From positions 13,022,001-13,086,000 of the forward strand of contig NC_045697.1 in assembly GCF_009834535.1 (NCBI RefSeq): a DNA stretch of 64,000 nt, read 5' to 3'. The notes beneath the pieces are model-generated. The model was not told where the DNA came from and did no database searches. It saw only the letters and a list, made by a program, of their open reading frames with translations. Source of the DNA: Camelus ferus. Lineage: Eukaryota. Of the stretch, positions 25,108 through 37,249 are shown piece after piece; the first letter of the stretch is position 1; each line of letters opens with the position of its first letter. The position numbers and the translations under genes are program-made.

Positions 25108-26174
25108 GGGAGCACTGATGCCCCATAGAACCAATCTTCAAATGATGCTTTGCAAATGGATTTGTATGTGCATTTTAAAAATGCTCAAGTGCCCATATTT
25201 TTAAACATATAGGTTATTTGTTATTAAGTATTGGCAACCAACAAAGTAAGAGGAAAAAATCAATTCATAGGTATCAGCTATGCATAGATATTTCTTGCTA
25301 GGTTTCACGTGATCTACAATAGATCTAGATTTCAGGTACTTAGAGATTGAGAAAACATACAGAAATTCCCAATATTTACCCTGAAAATATAGTATAAATA
25401 CATGGTTTGAGACACTTTGAGATAAAAAGCTTAGATTCAGTATTTACTACTTTTGCTTCCTCAAAGTTAACAACTGCTTTGGGTCTCAGTTTTCATATCT
25501 ATAACTTAGGAACCCTAATAACTTCTTTGAAGGCTGATGTCTATAATGGGTTCTATGCAGAATAGATGTTCAATATTGCAGTATAACTTCTCCTATCTTG
25601 ACTAAATCATAGGGAAAGGCTAGAAACAAACATTTCTCTTCTTTCCTGAAGACATAATTGGAGGCCAAAGTATGATAGGATTAGTTTTTAAAAAAGGAAT
25701 AGACGTTTAATAATAGTAGCTATTATTGTTAGCATTCACAATTTTGCAAAACAGAAGGACAGATTGTTTTATATTGTACACTTCTATCTTTTTCCTAAAG
25801 TAGAACATGATTGCCTTTTGTAAACTTGCAGTGAGGAGTGGTGATTTCTTATTTTCTTAAAACCGTACATAATCTTCCTCTACCCAACTAGACCCAACTT
25901 GCAGAGTCATTGTATATTACTTTTTTGCAGACCCCTGAACTCTCATCCATCCCATGCTCTGTGTATTTCTGACTCAATGACCTTTTCCTTGCCAACTTCT
26001 CCAGATGTTTTCCCACCTTAGTAATTTTCTCCATCCTTTCTGCCCATCCATAGCTCACAAATCCTTTGACACTGATTCATTTTTCCTGACTGCAGCAAAG
26101 CCTTACTCTCCTTTAAAGAATGAAGGTGGTCGAATGAAAAGAATAGATTATTTAAGATATAGAGTAGGGGTCAG

Positions 26175-26695
26175 TGTGATAGGCAGAATGATAACCTTCT
26201 GAAGATGTTCATATTCTAACCTATGGGACCTGTGAATATTTTAGATTATAAGGCAAAGGGAAGTCAAAGTTTCGGGAGAAATTAAGGTTGTTAGTCAGCT
26301 AACTTTAAGATAGGGAGGTTATATGGATTTTTCTAGGTGGGCCCAGCATAATCACAAGGATACTCAAATATAGAAGAAGAAGGTGGAAGAGTCAGTGTCA
26401 GAGTGATACATCACGAGGAAGACTCAATCAGGCATCGCTGCTTTTGAAGCGGGAAAGGGGGGCCCCAGACTAAGGAGTGCAGGTGACTTCTAGAAGCTGA
26501 AAAAGCCAAGGAAACTGATTCTCTCCAGGAACTAAGAAATGTAGTCCTGCTAACACCTTGACTTCAATCCAGTAAGAGCCATTTGTGACATCTGACCTCG
26601 AGAACTATAAAAGTTCTATAGGATAATTAATTTATGTTGTGTTAAGCCACCAAGTTTGTGGCCATTTGTTATAGAAACAATACAAAACCAATATA
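26175..26695 (+). mobile_element. MLT1D solo LTR (MaLR)
   Basis: tgtgataggcagaatgataacc...ggtgggcccagcataatcacaagg...ctagaagctgaaaaagccaaggaaactgattctctcc...taagccaccaagtttgtggccatttgttata; 5-bp TSD gtcag (26170-26174 / 26696-26700). Confidence 0.92.
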
Positions 26696-26915
26696 GTCAG
26701 CAAATGGTTTCTGTGAAGGGAGAGATGAAAAATATTTGAGGCTTTGCAAGCCATACAATTTTTATCACAACTACTCAAATCTATTGTTGTAGTGTAAAGG
26801 CAGTCACAGACAATGCATGAATAAAGGGGCATGCCTGTATTCCAATAAAGCTTTATCAGTGAAAACAGGTGACAGGCCAGATTTGGCGTGGGGGCCACAG
26901 TTGGCTGAGCGCCAG
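26696..26915 (+). mobile_element. MER58A MITE (5' terminus split by MLT1D; first bases at 26165-26174)
   Basis: taggggtcag|caaatggtttctgtgaaggg...caactactcaaatctattgttgtagtgtaaaggcagtcacagacaat...ccagatttggcgtgggggccacagttggctga. Confidence 0.88.
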
Positions 26916-27684
26916 TGAGATCTGCCTATGAAGTAGCACTCCAGAGCCTCGAATCTTGGGCGTGTTATTTAACGTCTTCATGCCTTGGTTTCCTAATATA
27001 ACCAGTGGTGTCACTTCTATTCACGTGTATTAGAGATGATGAGCTGTCCTCAGAAAGTCATCTTTCCCTTTCCATAGTGGAAGTCCTACCTGAGAAGTGG
27101 CTGCACTGCCAGAACTACCCCTGTTGCATGCCTTCTAGATGGGTACAGTTATGGCCTCCGGCTACTGGGACGTGAGCTGGAATGATGAGCACCTTCCATG
27201 CTTGTCCATGTAAATCTTCCCCGTGAATCTCCTCCAGGGACTTTGCTCCTCTGGCTGGATGTAATGGAGTATGCTTGAGTGCAATACTTTGAAGATAGAA
27301 ACCTTCTGTTTCAGAGTTCCTGAATGACAGAGTGGAAGACAGCTGATCTGTACAACTGTTAACTGACCCCAAAATATTGAATGAGCAAGAAGTAAGCTCC
27401 CAGTCCTTTTGTCCCATTGTAACTTCTGGAGTCTTTTTGTATAACAGTTAGTATTCTCTAAATAATGTCTCACATTTAAAGTTATAATGAAGATTAAAGA
27501 AAATATTTTGTGAAATATTATACACAGCACATGGGATTTAACAATTAATAGTTAATCCGTGCCTTATTTCTTAATTCCTCCAAAACTCTATTTTGCACTA
27601 CACAATGTAAGTTTAAACTGGGTACTAGTCTTGTCTCCCTAACTTGACAGGGAACATTGTCTTCTTTTTTGAGGCAGCCTGGCA

Positions 27685-27900
27685 TAGTCTTAAAAGAATG
27701 GGCTTTGAAGATTGTTATACCAGGATTCACTCCCTCATATCCCACCACTACCACAACAATTTATTTTTTGGCTTTAATTTCTCTTAATTTCTGTTTCATG
27801 TGTAAAATGATAATAAATGACACATAGCTATTATGTTTAACTTTTCTATTTGCATTCATATGTCAGGACTTTAGCACATGACAATACCTACTCATTGAGT
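27685..27900 (+). mobile_element. MIR (degenerate)
   Basis: aaaagaatgggctttgaag...caggattcactccc...ctttaatttctcttaatttctgtttcatgtgtaaaatgataataa...ctttagcaca. Confidence 0.55.
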
Positions 27901-29610
27901 CATTCACTCATTTATCAGTTATTTAACATTATGAAAGTTGCTTCTGAAGAAAACTGCTAAATTTCCTTAATTCATTTGTAATATACTATAGCATTTCCAT
28001 AAGAAATGTGAGTAAAGACAGATAAACATAACATCAGTTGATATTCTTTACTTATCTCTCTTTTGTTTCAGAGTATGGAGACAATAATAACTTTGGAGGG
28101 AGAAAACATAGGTTAGAGTTTTATTATCCTATCATAACAGCCATATGATCATATTTTCATATAGTTATTCTCACATAGTCTCTTAACGTCAGTTTTCATA
28201 TCTATAAGTAGATAAACCTGAGTAAGTTTTAATGAAAATTAAAGCGAATGTATAAAAACTTCTAACATGGAACCTGGTGCATAGTACGTGCTCAGTAAAT
28301 TATTTTTATTTTCATTATTATTATTATTGAGGTGAGTTATAAAATTTTAAGAATAATCACTGTTTTTAGGATTGGGTCCTCATCATTATTATCAACAAAA
28401 TTATACTGAGTTTCTGACATTTTCTAAATACTGAGTTCAAAACCCAAAATCCTTATTCCCAGAGTTGGTGTAATCCCATTACAATATGCTGAAACTTGCA
28501 AGGGAGAAACAGGCAGTGTACATGTATTGGCTAAGTTCTGAAGATGATAAATGACTTTCATTGAAATTCACCCCACTCTATGTAAACCCAAATACTGTAC
28601 ACAGTTAAATCTTCTGATAAATCAAAAAGTCTATGTGAAAACCGAATACAAAACAGAGATCATTTGAAAAGTGAGACTGATTAATCAATTCATTTGTGTA
28701 TATATTTAGACCTTCTATTTAGTTATCCATCAAGCAATCATGGAAATATAAATCACCATTTCATGTTAGTTTCATATTATCAGACACGACACAACCCTGG
28801 CACTAGGAAAACAATAGATCATTACCAACAATATTTATTGAACTGTCAGAAGCTGAATAGGAAAAAAAAAAAGAACTCAGCATGCCAATAATGTCACAAG
28901 CCTCAAGAAAGTTCTGTTCCTCTTTTCTCAGTTGATCAAGGCTATAGTTTTAACTTCCACTCCTACAAGGAGAGACAGTTGACAATGCCACAGCCGCAGT
29001 TTTTTATTCTTTCTACCCTACAGGTCTGAGGATCCATTTGCTTTTAGAGTATCTGCACCTGGAAACTCTAGGAAGATGAATCATCCTCCCGATCTTCTGT
29101 TTTTGATCTCCAGGTTGTCATTCCTCCAGTTCCTAAACTCTAGTTTCATATGTATATAAATTTGACTCTGATTTTCTTCTCCTTCATAGCAATCAGCCAT
29201 TAATCTTGGTAGTTCCTTCTTCTAAACATTGATCACACTATTTCTTTATTGTCTCTAAAGTTCCTCAGTAAGGTCTTTAATGCTTTAACACAATTATTCT
29301 GAGATGGTCGTCTAGTCTTCAGCTATGGCACCCTATTTTCAGAAAATATATATACGAGTAGCAAACTCAAATGCTTCTAGGGCCAGGCAAATAATGCAAA
29401 GCCTGACACCAGTTATGGATGCAAGCCCATTTTGTTTATTATGCAAGAGGATATTATTCACTTGCACAAATAGTCTCTATTTTTCTTGAAAACCTATACT
29501 TTTGTAAATTTGTATTTATTAATTACTAATTAAATTTTTGTTTTTATTAAATTACATTTACATAGCTAAAAAAGTCAAATACCACTAAAAGTGTCATAAA
29601 GAAAAACAAT

Positions 29611-30453
29611 AGAGGACAGGATCAAGATGAGAGTGAGCAGATTCTGAGCTCACATCCTCCCACAAACACACCAAAATTACAGCTACATGTAAAACAATTC
29701 TCTCTGAGAACAACCTGAGGAACTAGCAGAAAGGATCTTCTACCACAAAGAATACACACTGTTGGTGGGAATTGGTATAGCCATTTTTTATGATTCCTAA
29801 AATAATTAAAAATGAAACTGTGGCATGACCCAGCAATTCTACTCTTGGGTATTTACCTGAAAAAATGGAAACACTGTTTGGCTTTTTTTTTAATATATAT
29901 GCTCCAGTGTTTATAGTAGCATTATTTATAATATTCAAGATATGGAAGCAACTTAAGTGTCCATCAACAGATGAATGGATAAAGAAGTGGTAAATATATA
30001 CAATGGAATATTACTTAGCCTTAAATAAGGATGAATTCTTGCCATCTGTAACAGTATAGATGGACCTGCCAGGTATTATGCTTAGTAAAGTAAGTCAGAC
30101 AGAGGGAGACAAATACTATACGTTATCATTTATATGTGGAATCTAAAAAATAAAACAAATAAACAAACATAACAAAACAGGAATGGACTCACTGATACAG
30201 AGAGTAAAGTAGTAGTTACCAGAGAGGAGATGAGTAGGGGAAGGTAAAAAGTAAGTGAAGGGGATAGAAAGGTAAAAACTACCAGTTATAAAATAAATTA
30301 TGGGGTGTAAAGGGACAACATAGGAAACACAGTCAATATTTAATGATACCTTTTTATGGTGCATAATCTATAAATCTTGAGTAACTATGTTGTATACCTG
30401 AAAAAATGATATTTTAAATGAATTATACTTCAATACACTAAAAAAAAAAAAAA
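29611..30453 (+). mobile_element. Internally deleted L1: ~145 bp 5'UTR fused to ~700 bp ORF2 end/3'UTR plus poly(A) (L1MA9/L1_Art-like)
   Basis: ggatcaagatg...ctgagctcacatcctcccacaaacacaccaaaattac...gaactagcaga (laurasiatherian L1 5' end) joined at ~29754 to cacactgttggtgggaa...tgacccagcaattctactcttgggtattta...aattatacttcaat and an A-tail. Confidence 0.85.
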
Positions 30454-30679
30454 TTCCCCTGTCCTACAATTTCCATTCCTAATTTTTGGTTTCCAAAGGA
30501 AAATGCTTTTAGTGAATTTACCTATTCCATTGGTATTTATATTCATGTTTCATAAGAATGTTATAATACTGCTCTAATTATTCTGTTTTCCATTGATATT
30601 CTACTCTGGAAGATGAGTGTTTAGCTTTCATAATCTTTTCCTCCAAGACCTACATTTATACTCTTCTCATACAATTAGA

Positions 30680-30847
30680 GCAGTAGCATGCATTCAGCTG
30701 AAGAGCCTAATGAAACAGATCGCTAGGCTTCATGATCAGAGTTTCTGACTCAGTGCTACTGACATGGAACTCAATAATTTGCATTTCTAACAACTTTCTC
30801 AGGTGATCCTGACACTGGTGGTCTGGTACATATTTTGCAAACCACTG
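30680..30847. mobile_element. MER5A MITE inside HAL1
   Basis: cagagtttctgactcagt...aatttgcatttctaacaactttctcaggtgatcctgacactggtggtctgg...aaaccactg. Confidence 0.8.
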
Positions 30848-31332
30848 AATTTTATAACATTATTATTCATCATATCAAAATTTGCTTTTTCATTTTAGTG
30901 ACCGAAGTGTTAGTCAGATCTGAGCCACATAGTGTACTATAATTACATTCCCATTATTGTGCAACATTGTCTTACTTTTATAGTTAATACTTTTCCCACA
31001 TACTTTTATTTCCAAAGTTTCCAATAGAAGTAACATTTTTTTTCCTGTTTGAAGACATTCAATAACATACTGGTTTATTTTATTATTAGGATTATTTTCT
31101 GGAGTTTTCCTTTTCTAAAAAAATCTGCTTCATTTCAACTGCTTGAACTTTATAGCCCTTATCACAGGTCTTAGATAACTACCTCCAGAATTTTTCCTTC
31201 CCTCTCTCCTGGATTGCATTTTCTGTTTCCCAGATCCTGTTTCTTGTTTATTCATACCTTTCACTTTTATTTTGCAGAAGCATATCCTCTAATGGCCTCC
31301 CTAAAATGAGTTCTTGTATGAATGTGTCATTA

Positions 31333-31334
<2 letters not shown>

Positions 31335-31376
<42 letters not shown>
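31335..31376. repeat. (CA)21 microsatellite
   Basis: Read directly. Confidence 0.95.
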
Positions 31377-31378
<2 letters not shown>

Positions 31379-33149
31379 TTGATAGTTTGGCTAGTTATAG
31401 ATTTATAGGTTGGAAATTATTATCTCTCAGAATTTTCAAAACGTTTAATTTTTCCTCTTTTAGTTGCTGCTGTTGAGAAATCTGACATCATTTTTATTCT
31501 GAAAACTTTATATGGTGAGTGTTTTTGTGTGTGGGGGTATATATATGCTTATAAACTGAAGGAGTAATATCATTGAAAAGCTATGACATTGTAAATCCAA
31601 GAAGAATAAAACAGAAACTAATTAGAGCTGCTAGAGTTAAATAACACAAAATAGCACTACTTTTAAGTGTGATAAAAAGAACACATACTTCCTTCCAGTT
31701 ACCCCTTTTCTCCAGTAGCAGAATATAGTTGAAATTTTGCGTGTGTGTGCTCTGCAGGCAGTCCTGTCCCCCACGCTTGTGTTTCTTCAGGATATTGGAA
31801 GATATTTTCCCTGACTCCATGTGGTTCCAGATGGGCCATTGATGACAGAATCCTGTCCTTACCTGTTAGATAGGATAGGGGAATGATTCAGGCTGACTGC
31901 TGGAGAAGTGTTCCTATACATCAAATTTAGCACGGGTACATAACCCAACAAGACCAATCTTATTGGTGTGCTGAAATTAGGAGAAAGGTCCCCTTCGAAT
32001 GGGTTTGCAAAAATGTGAGAATAAAAAGCTCTTGGTAGTCAGCATGCTTACCAAGTGGCAAGAGCCTTTCAGAGAAGAAAGTCAAATAGAGATAAAGAAA
32101 CTCAGCTCTGATAACATCATTGAGCCCGTAATCCACTTCTGCTCGTCCCTGAAACATGAGACAATAAATTTCCTTTTCATTTAAATGTACAGTATATTTT
32201 GTGGCAGTTAGAATGGATAAAGCCAGAAGAGTACACTTTCTATCCACCCCCATGGATAAGCTATTTATGCCATTAAACAGAATATTTAACATGATACAAT
32301 TTTTAAAGAATCAAAATATCTCTTAGCAGTATGTTCTCAAATGTTAATTTATAATTCAAAAAGCTTTAAAATACAAATATGTATCAAAACCAAAGTGATA
32401 AAGTGATGTAGTATAGGAGTTTGGTAAACTATAAGAATATTAATAATTATTACTCTTATTTTAGCTATTATAATTTTTATTAATATCACTACTATTGTAA
32501 TGCCACAGATTAATTATTCTTCATGCATCTTCTGATTAGAGCTTATGACATATTACTCAATGTGTCTAATGTCACAATGTTTTTTATTGTACCATCATTT
32601 ATTAATGTGACCATTATCATCATATGGAACAAATTATATGAGAGATCATTATATTTCTGGAAAGTTTTATCATAACCCATCACAATGCCACAGGCCCCTC
32701 TTGCAGCTATGATTCCATTGAACATTTTAGTGCCTCTATTTTGTATGCCTTGCTTCTTATCCCCTTCAATCATAATCTCAATTTAATTGCCTCTTCTCTG
32801 GCAAATACAAACATTATCTTCCTTACTCCTAGAATTAATAACTTCTGTGATGGCTTATCATCTTTTTTTGTTCTTCAGTGAACCTTTTCCAATTAAAATG
32901 GAAATTAAATGGAACGGAATACGACATCCAAAATCATGTGTATAGATTTGGTGGATTTGGATTCCACTGAATGCTAAACAGAACTCGGCATATTTGAATC
33001 TTTTTTCCTATTTATTGTTTCCCACAAGCTTCTAGGCAAAAAGTAAATATATGTTGATTGTCTGTGATTTTTTGTTTTATGTATATATATATATTGTTTT
33101 TTATACACACACACACACTCACACACACTGGAAAGAGAGAGAGAGAGAA

Positions 33150-33646
33150 TCAGGTGTTCCTTTCTCTTCCAGCAGGGACACTACCAAATCTATGGGATTA
33201 CAGCTCCACCATTACGGCGCCTCTTAACTACACTAATGAATCATCTACAAAACAGAAACAGACTCCCAGACATAGTAAACAATCATAGGTTATCGGGGAA
33301 AAGGGGATTGGAAGGGATAAATTTAGGAGTTCAAGATTCATTAATGTTGACCACTATATAAAAAATAGATAAAAACCAGACTTCTTCTGCATAGCACAAG
33401 GAACTATATTCAATATCTTGCAATAATCTTTACTAAAATTAATATGAAAACAAATATATGTATATATATGCATGACTGGAACATTACGCTCTACACCAGA
33501 AATTGACATACTGTAACTGACAATACCTCTATAAAAAAACAAAAGCATTATAACTTCCCTAAAGGCCCTACCTTCAAATTTAGTCACATTGGAGGTTAGG
33601 TTTTCAACTTATGAATTTTGTGGTGGATATAACTCAGTCCATAACA
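33150..33646 (-). mobile_element. MLT1A-like LTR fragment split by an L1
   Basis: gggacactaccaaatctatgggattacagctccacc | ttccctaaaggccctaccttcaaatttagtcacattggaggttaggttttcaacttatgaattttg...tcagtccataaca. Confidence 0.75.
33230..33544 (+). mobile_element. 5'-truncated L1 3'UTR end (same group as 2951-3213)
   Basis: aaaacagaaacagactcccagacatag...gaagggataaattt...catgactggaacattacgctctacaccagaaattgac then an A-rich tail. Confidence 0.9.
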
Positions 33647-33759
33647 AAATCTTCAATGTAAGTTTTAAAAGTTGCAAAAATTTTTAATTGTAAGTATTTT
33701 GCTTGAGAAATTACATTTTATATGCTTGGGCTATCACCAATTTTCTTTCTCTTAACTAA

Positions 33760-34060
33760 AAAAATTATAACTAATACTACATGAACATTCTTTCTCATAT
33801 ATAGCATTTTACATCATTTCTCAATTACTTCCTTTTGATAAAATATTCTTAGAAATAAAATTACTTGGCTAAACTTTCAGGTTTTAAGATTCACACTACC
33901 ATACCAATTTATTCTCATAACAGTTGTGATGAGCATCCATTTCCCTTCCACTTACCAGCACTGGCTATCAATATATTTTCTTAAATATGGGTAATTTTGT
34001 TATAAGAAAAATATTTTGTCATATAAAATTATTATTCTCATGTATTTGAGTTGATTGGTA
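33760..34060 (-). mobile_element. Ancient L1ME fragment
   Basis: atgaacattctt...aaatattcttagaaataaaattacttgg...ataccaatttattctcataacagttgtgatgagcatccatttcc...accagcactgg. Confidence 0.6.
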
Positions 34061-34123
34061 ACGGAGCTCATCATACTTCAACCCTCTTCCTTTCTCAAAT
34101 GACTGGAGCTATTTGCCTAAAAC

Positions 34124-34560
34124 ATATTCTTTTATATTGAAATATAGTTAATTTACAATATTATGTTAGGTTCAGGTATACAACAAAAAGATTCAATTAT
34201 ATAGCTATTTTTCAGATTATTTTCCATTATAGGTTATTGAGTATAGTTACCTGTGCTGTACAGTAAATTCTTGTTGCTTATCTAATTTATGTACAGTAGT
34301 TGGTATCTGTTAATCCCATACTTCTAACTTACCCTGCCCCTCTCCCATCCTCCTTTGGTAACCATAAGTTTGTTTTCTATGTCTGTGAGTCTATTTCTGT
34401 TCTATATAGATTCATTTGTATTATTTTTTAGATTCCACATATAAGTGATATAATATTTGTCATTCTATGTCTGACCTAGTTCACTAAGTATAATATTCTC
34501 TAGATCCATCCGTGTTGCTTCAAATGGCAATATTTCTTTTTTTATGACTGAATAATATTC

Positions 34561-34606
<46 letters not shown>

Positions 34607-36512
34607 ACACCACATTTGCTTAAGTCAGTAATCTGTTGATGGGCACTTGGGTTATTTTATGCCTTGGCTATTGTAAATATTGCTGCTATGAACATTGGAG
34701 CATATGTATCTTTTAATATTAGAGTTTTTGTATTATTTGGATATATGCCCAAGTGTGGAATTGCTGGATCTTATGGTTGATCTATTTTTAGCTTTTTAAG
34801 GAAACTCCATATTGTTTTCCATACTGGCTGCATCAATTTACATTCTCATCAACAGTGTAGTGGGGTTCCTTCCTCTATATCCTCTCCAGAATTTATTATT
34901 AGTAGGCTTTTTGATGATAGTTGTTCTGACCGGTATGAGGTGATACTTCATTGTGGTTTTGATATGCACTTCTCTAACAGTTAGTGATGTTGAGCATCTT
35001 TTCATGTGGCTGTTGGTTATCTGTATAAACATATATCTTTAGAGAAATATCTGTTTAGGTCTTCTTACCATTTTTTGACTGAGTTACTAGTTTTTTCAAT
35101 AGTTAACTGTATGAGTTGTTTGTATATTTTGGATATTAACCCCTTTCTGGTTGCATCATTTGCAAATATTTTCTCCCATTCTGTAGGTTTTCTTTTCATT
35201 ATTTTGATGATTTCATTTGCTGTGGAAAAGCTTTTTGGTTTAAAATTCCAATAAGTACATATCCATCAATAATTTCTTTAAAAGTCAAGACTAAATGTAC
35301 CAATCAAAAAATATAGAGTGGCAGACTGGATTAAAAAATAAAAACCTCAATTTGCTGCCTACAAGAGATTCACTTTAGGGTGAAAGACATACACAGATTG
35401 AAAGTGAAGGGATGGAAAAAGATATTTCATGCAAATTGAAACAACAAGAAAGTCGGGGATAGCAGTACTCATATCAGATAAGTTAGACCTTAAGACAAAG
35501 TCTATAAAGAAAGACAAAAAATAACAGTATGATGATAAATAGATCAATACAAGGAGGATATTACACTCATTAATCTATATGCATCCAATATAAAAGCACC
35601 TTAAATATATAAAACAAATACTAACAGACATAAAGGGAGAAATTGATAGGAGTACAATAATAGTAGGAGATTGTATCACCCCAATGACAGCAAAGGACAG
35701 ATCTTCCAGACAGGAAATCAATAGGGCAACAGAGGTCGTAAATGACACAATAGACCAGTTGGACTTAATTGATACCTACCTGACAATACATCCCCCCCTC
35801 CAAAAAAAATCAGAATACATAGTCTTCTTAAGCATTCATAGAACATTCTCTAGGATAGACCACATAATAGGTTAAAAAAACAAGCTTCAACAAATTTAAG
35901 AGGATAGAAATTATTTCAAGCATCTTTTCTTACCACAAAGATATGAATCTAGAAGTGAACCACAGAAAGAAAAATGAGGAAAAAAGGAACACATGGAGAC
36001 TAAACAGTATGCTACTAAAAAAATCTAGGTCTATGATGAAATCAAAGAAGAAAACAGAAAATAACTTGAGACAAACAACACTGAAAACACAACCTTCCAA
36101 AATCTATGAATTGCAGCAAAGGCAATTCTGAGAGGGACATTCATAGTGATACAGGCCTTCCTCAAGAAACAAGGAAAATGTCAAACAACCTGAACTATTA
36201 CCTAAAAGAATTAAAAAGGAAGAATAAATAAAACCCAAACTCAGCAGAAGGAAGGAAATAATGAAGATCAGCGAGGAAGTAAATAAAATGGAGATCAAAA
36301 AACATTAGAAAACATTAACAAAACTGAGTTGTTTTTTGCAAAGCTAAACAGAAATAAACTCAACATGGTTTAAAGACCTAAATAAAGAAATGACACCATA
36401 AAACTCCAAGAAGAGAACATCAGCAAAACATTCTCCAGCATAAGTCATGGCAATATTTCTTTAGATCAGTCTCCCAGGGCAAAAGAACTAAAAGCAAAAA
36501 TGAACAAATTGG
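34124..36512 (-). mobile_element. 5'-inverted (twin-primed) L1 with an internal deletion in the inverted arm
   Basis: 34124-35243 is minus-strand 3'UTR/ORF2 end; 35244-~36352 is plus-strand ORF2 endonuclease region (SRIDHI motif in ORF 35684-35875); ~36353-36512 is plus-strand late ORF2; TSD gcctaaaac at 34115-34123 and 36513-36521. Confidence 0.92.
34563..34604. repeat. (TG)21 microsatellite within L1
   Basis: Read directly. Confidence 0.95.
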
Positions 36513-36539
36513 GCCTAAAACTTTTCTATGGCAGAGGAT

Positions 36540-37075
36540 CAACTGGTCTTTCTCATACTTCTCTGATAACAGTCAATTACCTTGCTGACTTCCTAGAATT
36601 TCCTAATACTGTGTTTTATCACTGGTGTAAGCTTCACTACCCATCCTTGTCACTTGCTGCTAGTCCAAATGCCAAATTCTTCTCACTATGTCTTTGCATG
36701 AGCCATTCTGTCTGTCATGTATGGCCACCTCTGACTTTCTTCTCCAAATTCCAATAATGATGGAAAAAAATAATCTCAATGATTACTTTCTCTGCACTCC
36801 TTTCCTGACTTTCCCATTATTATTAAATATCCAGTTTCCCCAACTCCCAATGCATATAGCTACACAAAGATGACCAGTGAATAATAAATAATATTATTAC
36901 TATCATTTACGTAAGATCAAATTTCCCTCACTGTAATTTAATTATTTCTTTTTCTTCTGTGTCTTGTCCGTTAGACTGACTACGTGATCCTTGAAGGTGA
37001 GGTACATATCTTGTTATCTTTTAAGTTGTATGGCATAACAATAAATTTGTTTAATCAATTAATAAATGAATAGAG
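36540..37075 (+). mobile_element. L2 3' region
   Basis: ttagactgactacgtgatccttgaaggtgaggtacatatcttgtt...aataaatttgtttaatcaattaataaatgaat. Confidence 0.55.
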
Positions 37076-37249
37076 TTGAGGAGTATTATCTTAGTTTGGA
37101 GTCACGGTATCAAACTTAATCTTACACTTACCTCTCTTTCACCTCTGAGGCCAAATTTTGACCCTGAATCTGATTGCTTGGGAACTTGGTATTTGATTCA
37201 TGCCACTTCTTTCTTCTATAAGCCTGAGTACTACTTTTTAAAAAATTTA

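Larger units (their letters stand above)
29530..31520 (-). mobile_element. HAL1 (half-L1) element hosting nested insertions
   Basis: tgagccacatagtgtactataattacattccc; ctctctcctggattgcattttctgtttcccagatcc; gaagcatatcctctaatggcctccct; gattgatagtttggctagttatagatttataggttggaaattattatctctcagaatttt...gctgttgagaaatctgacatca match recalled HAL1/L1ME ORF1-side consensus. Confidence 0.65.
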
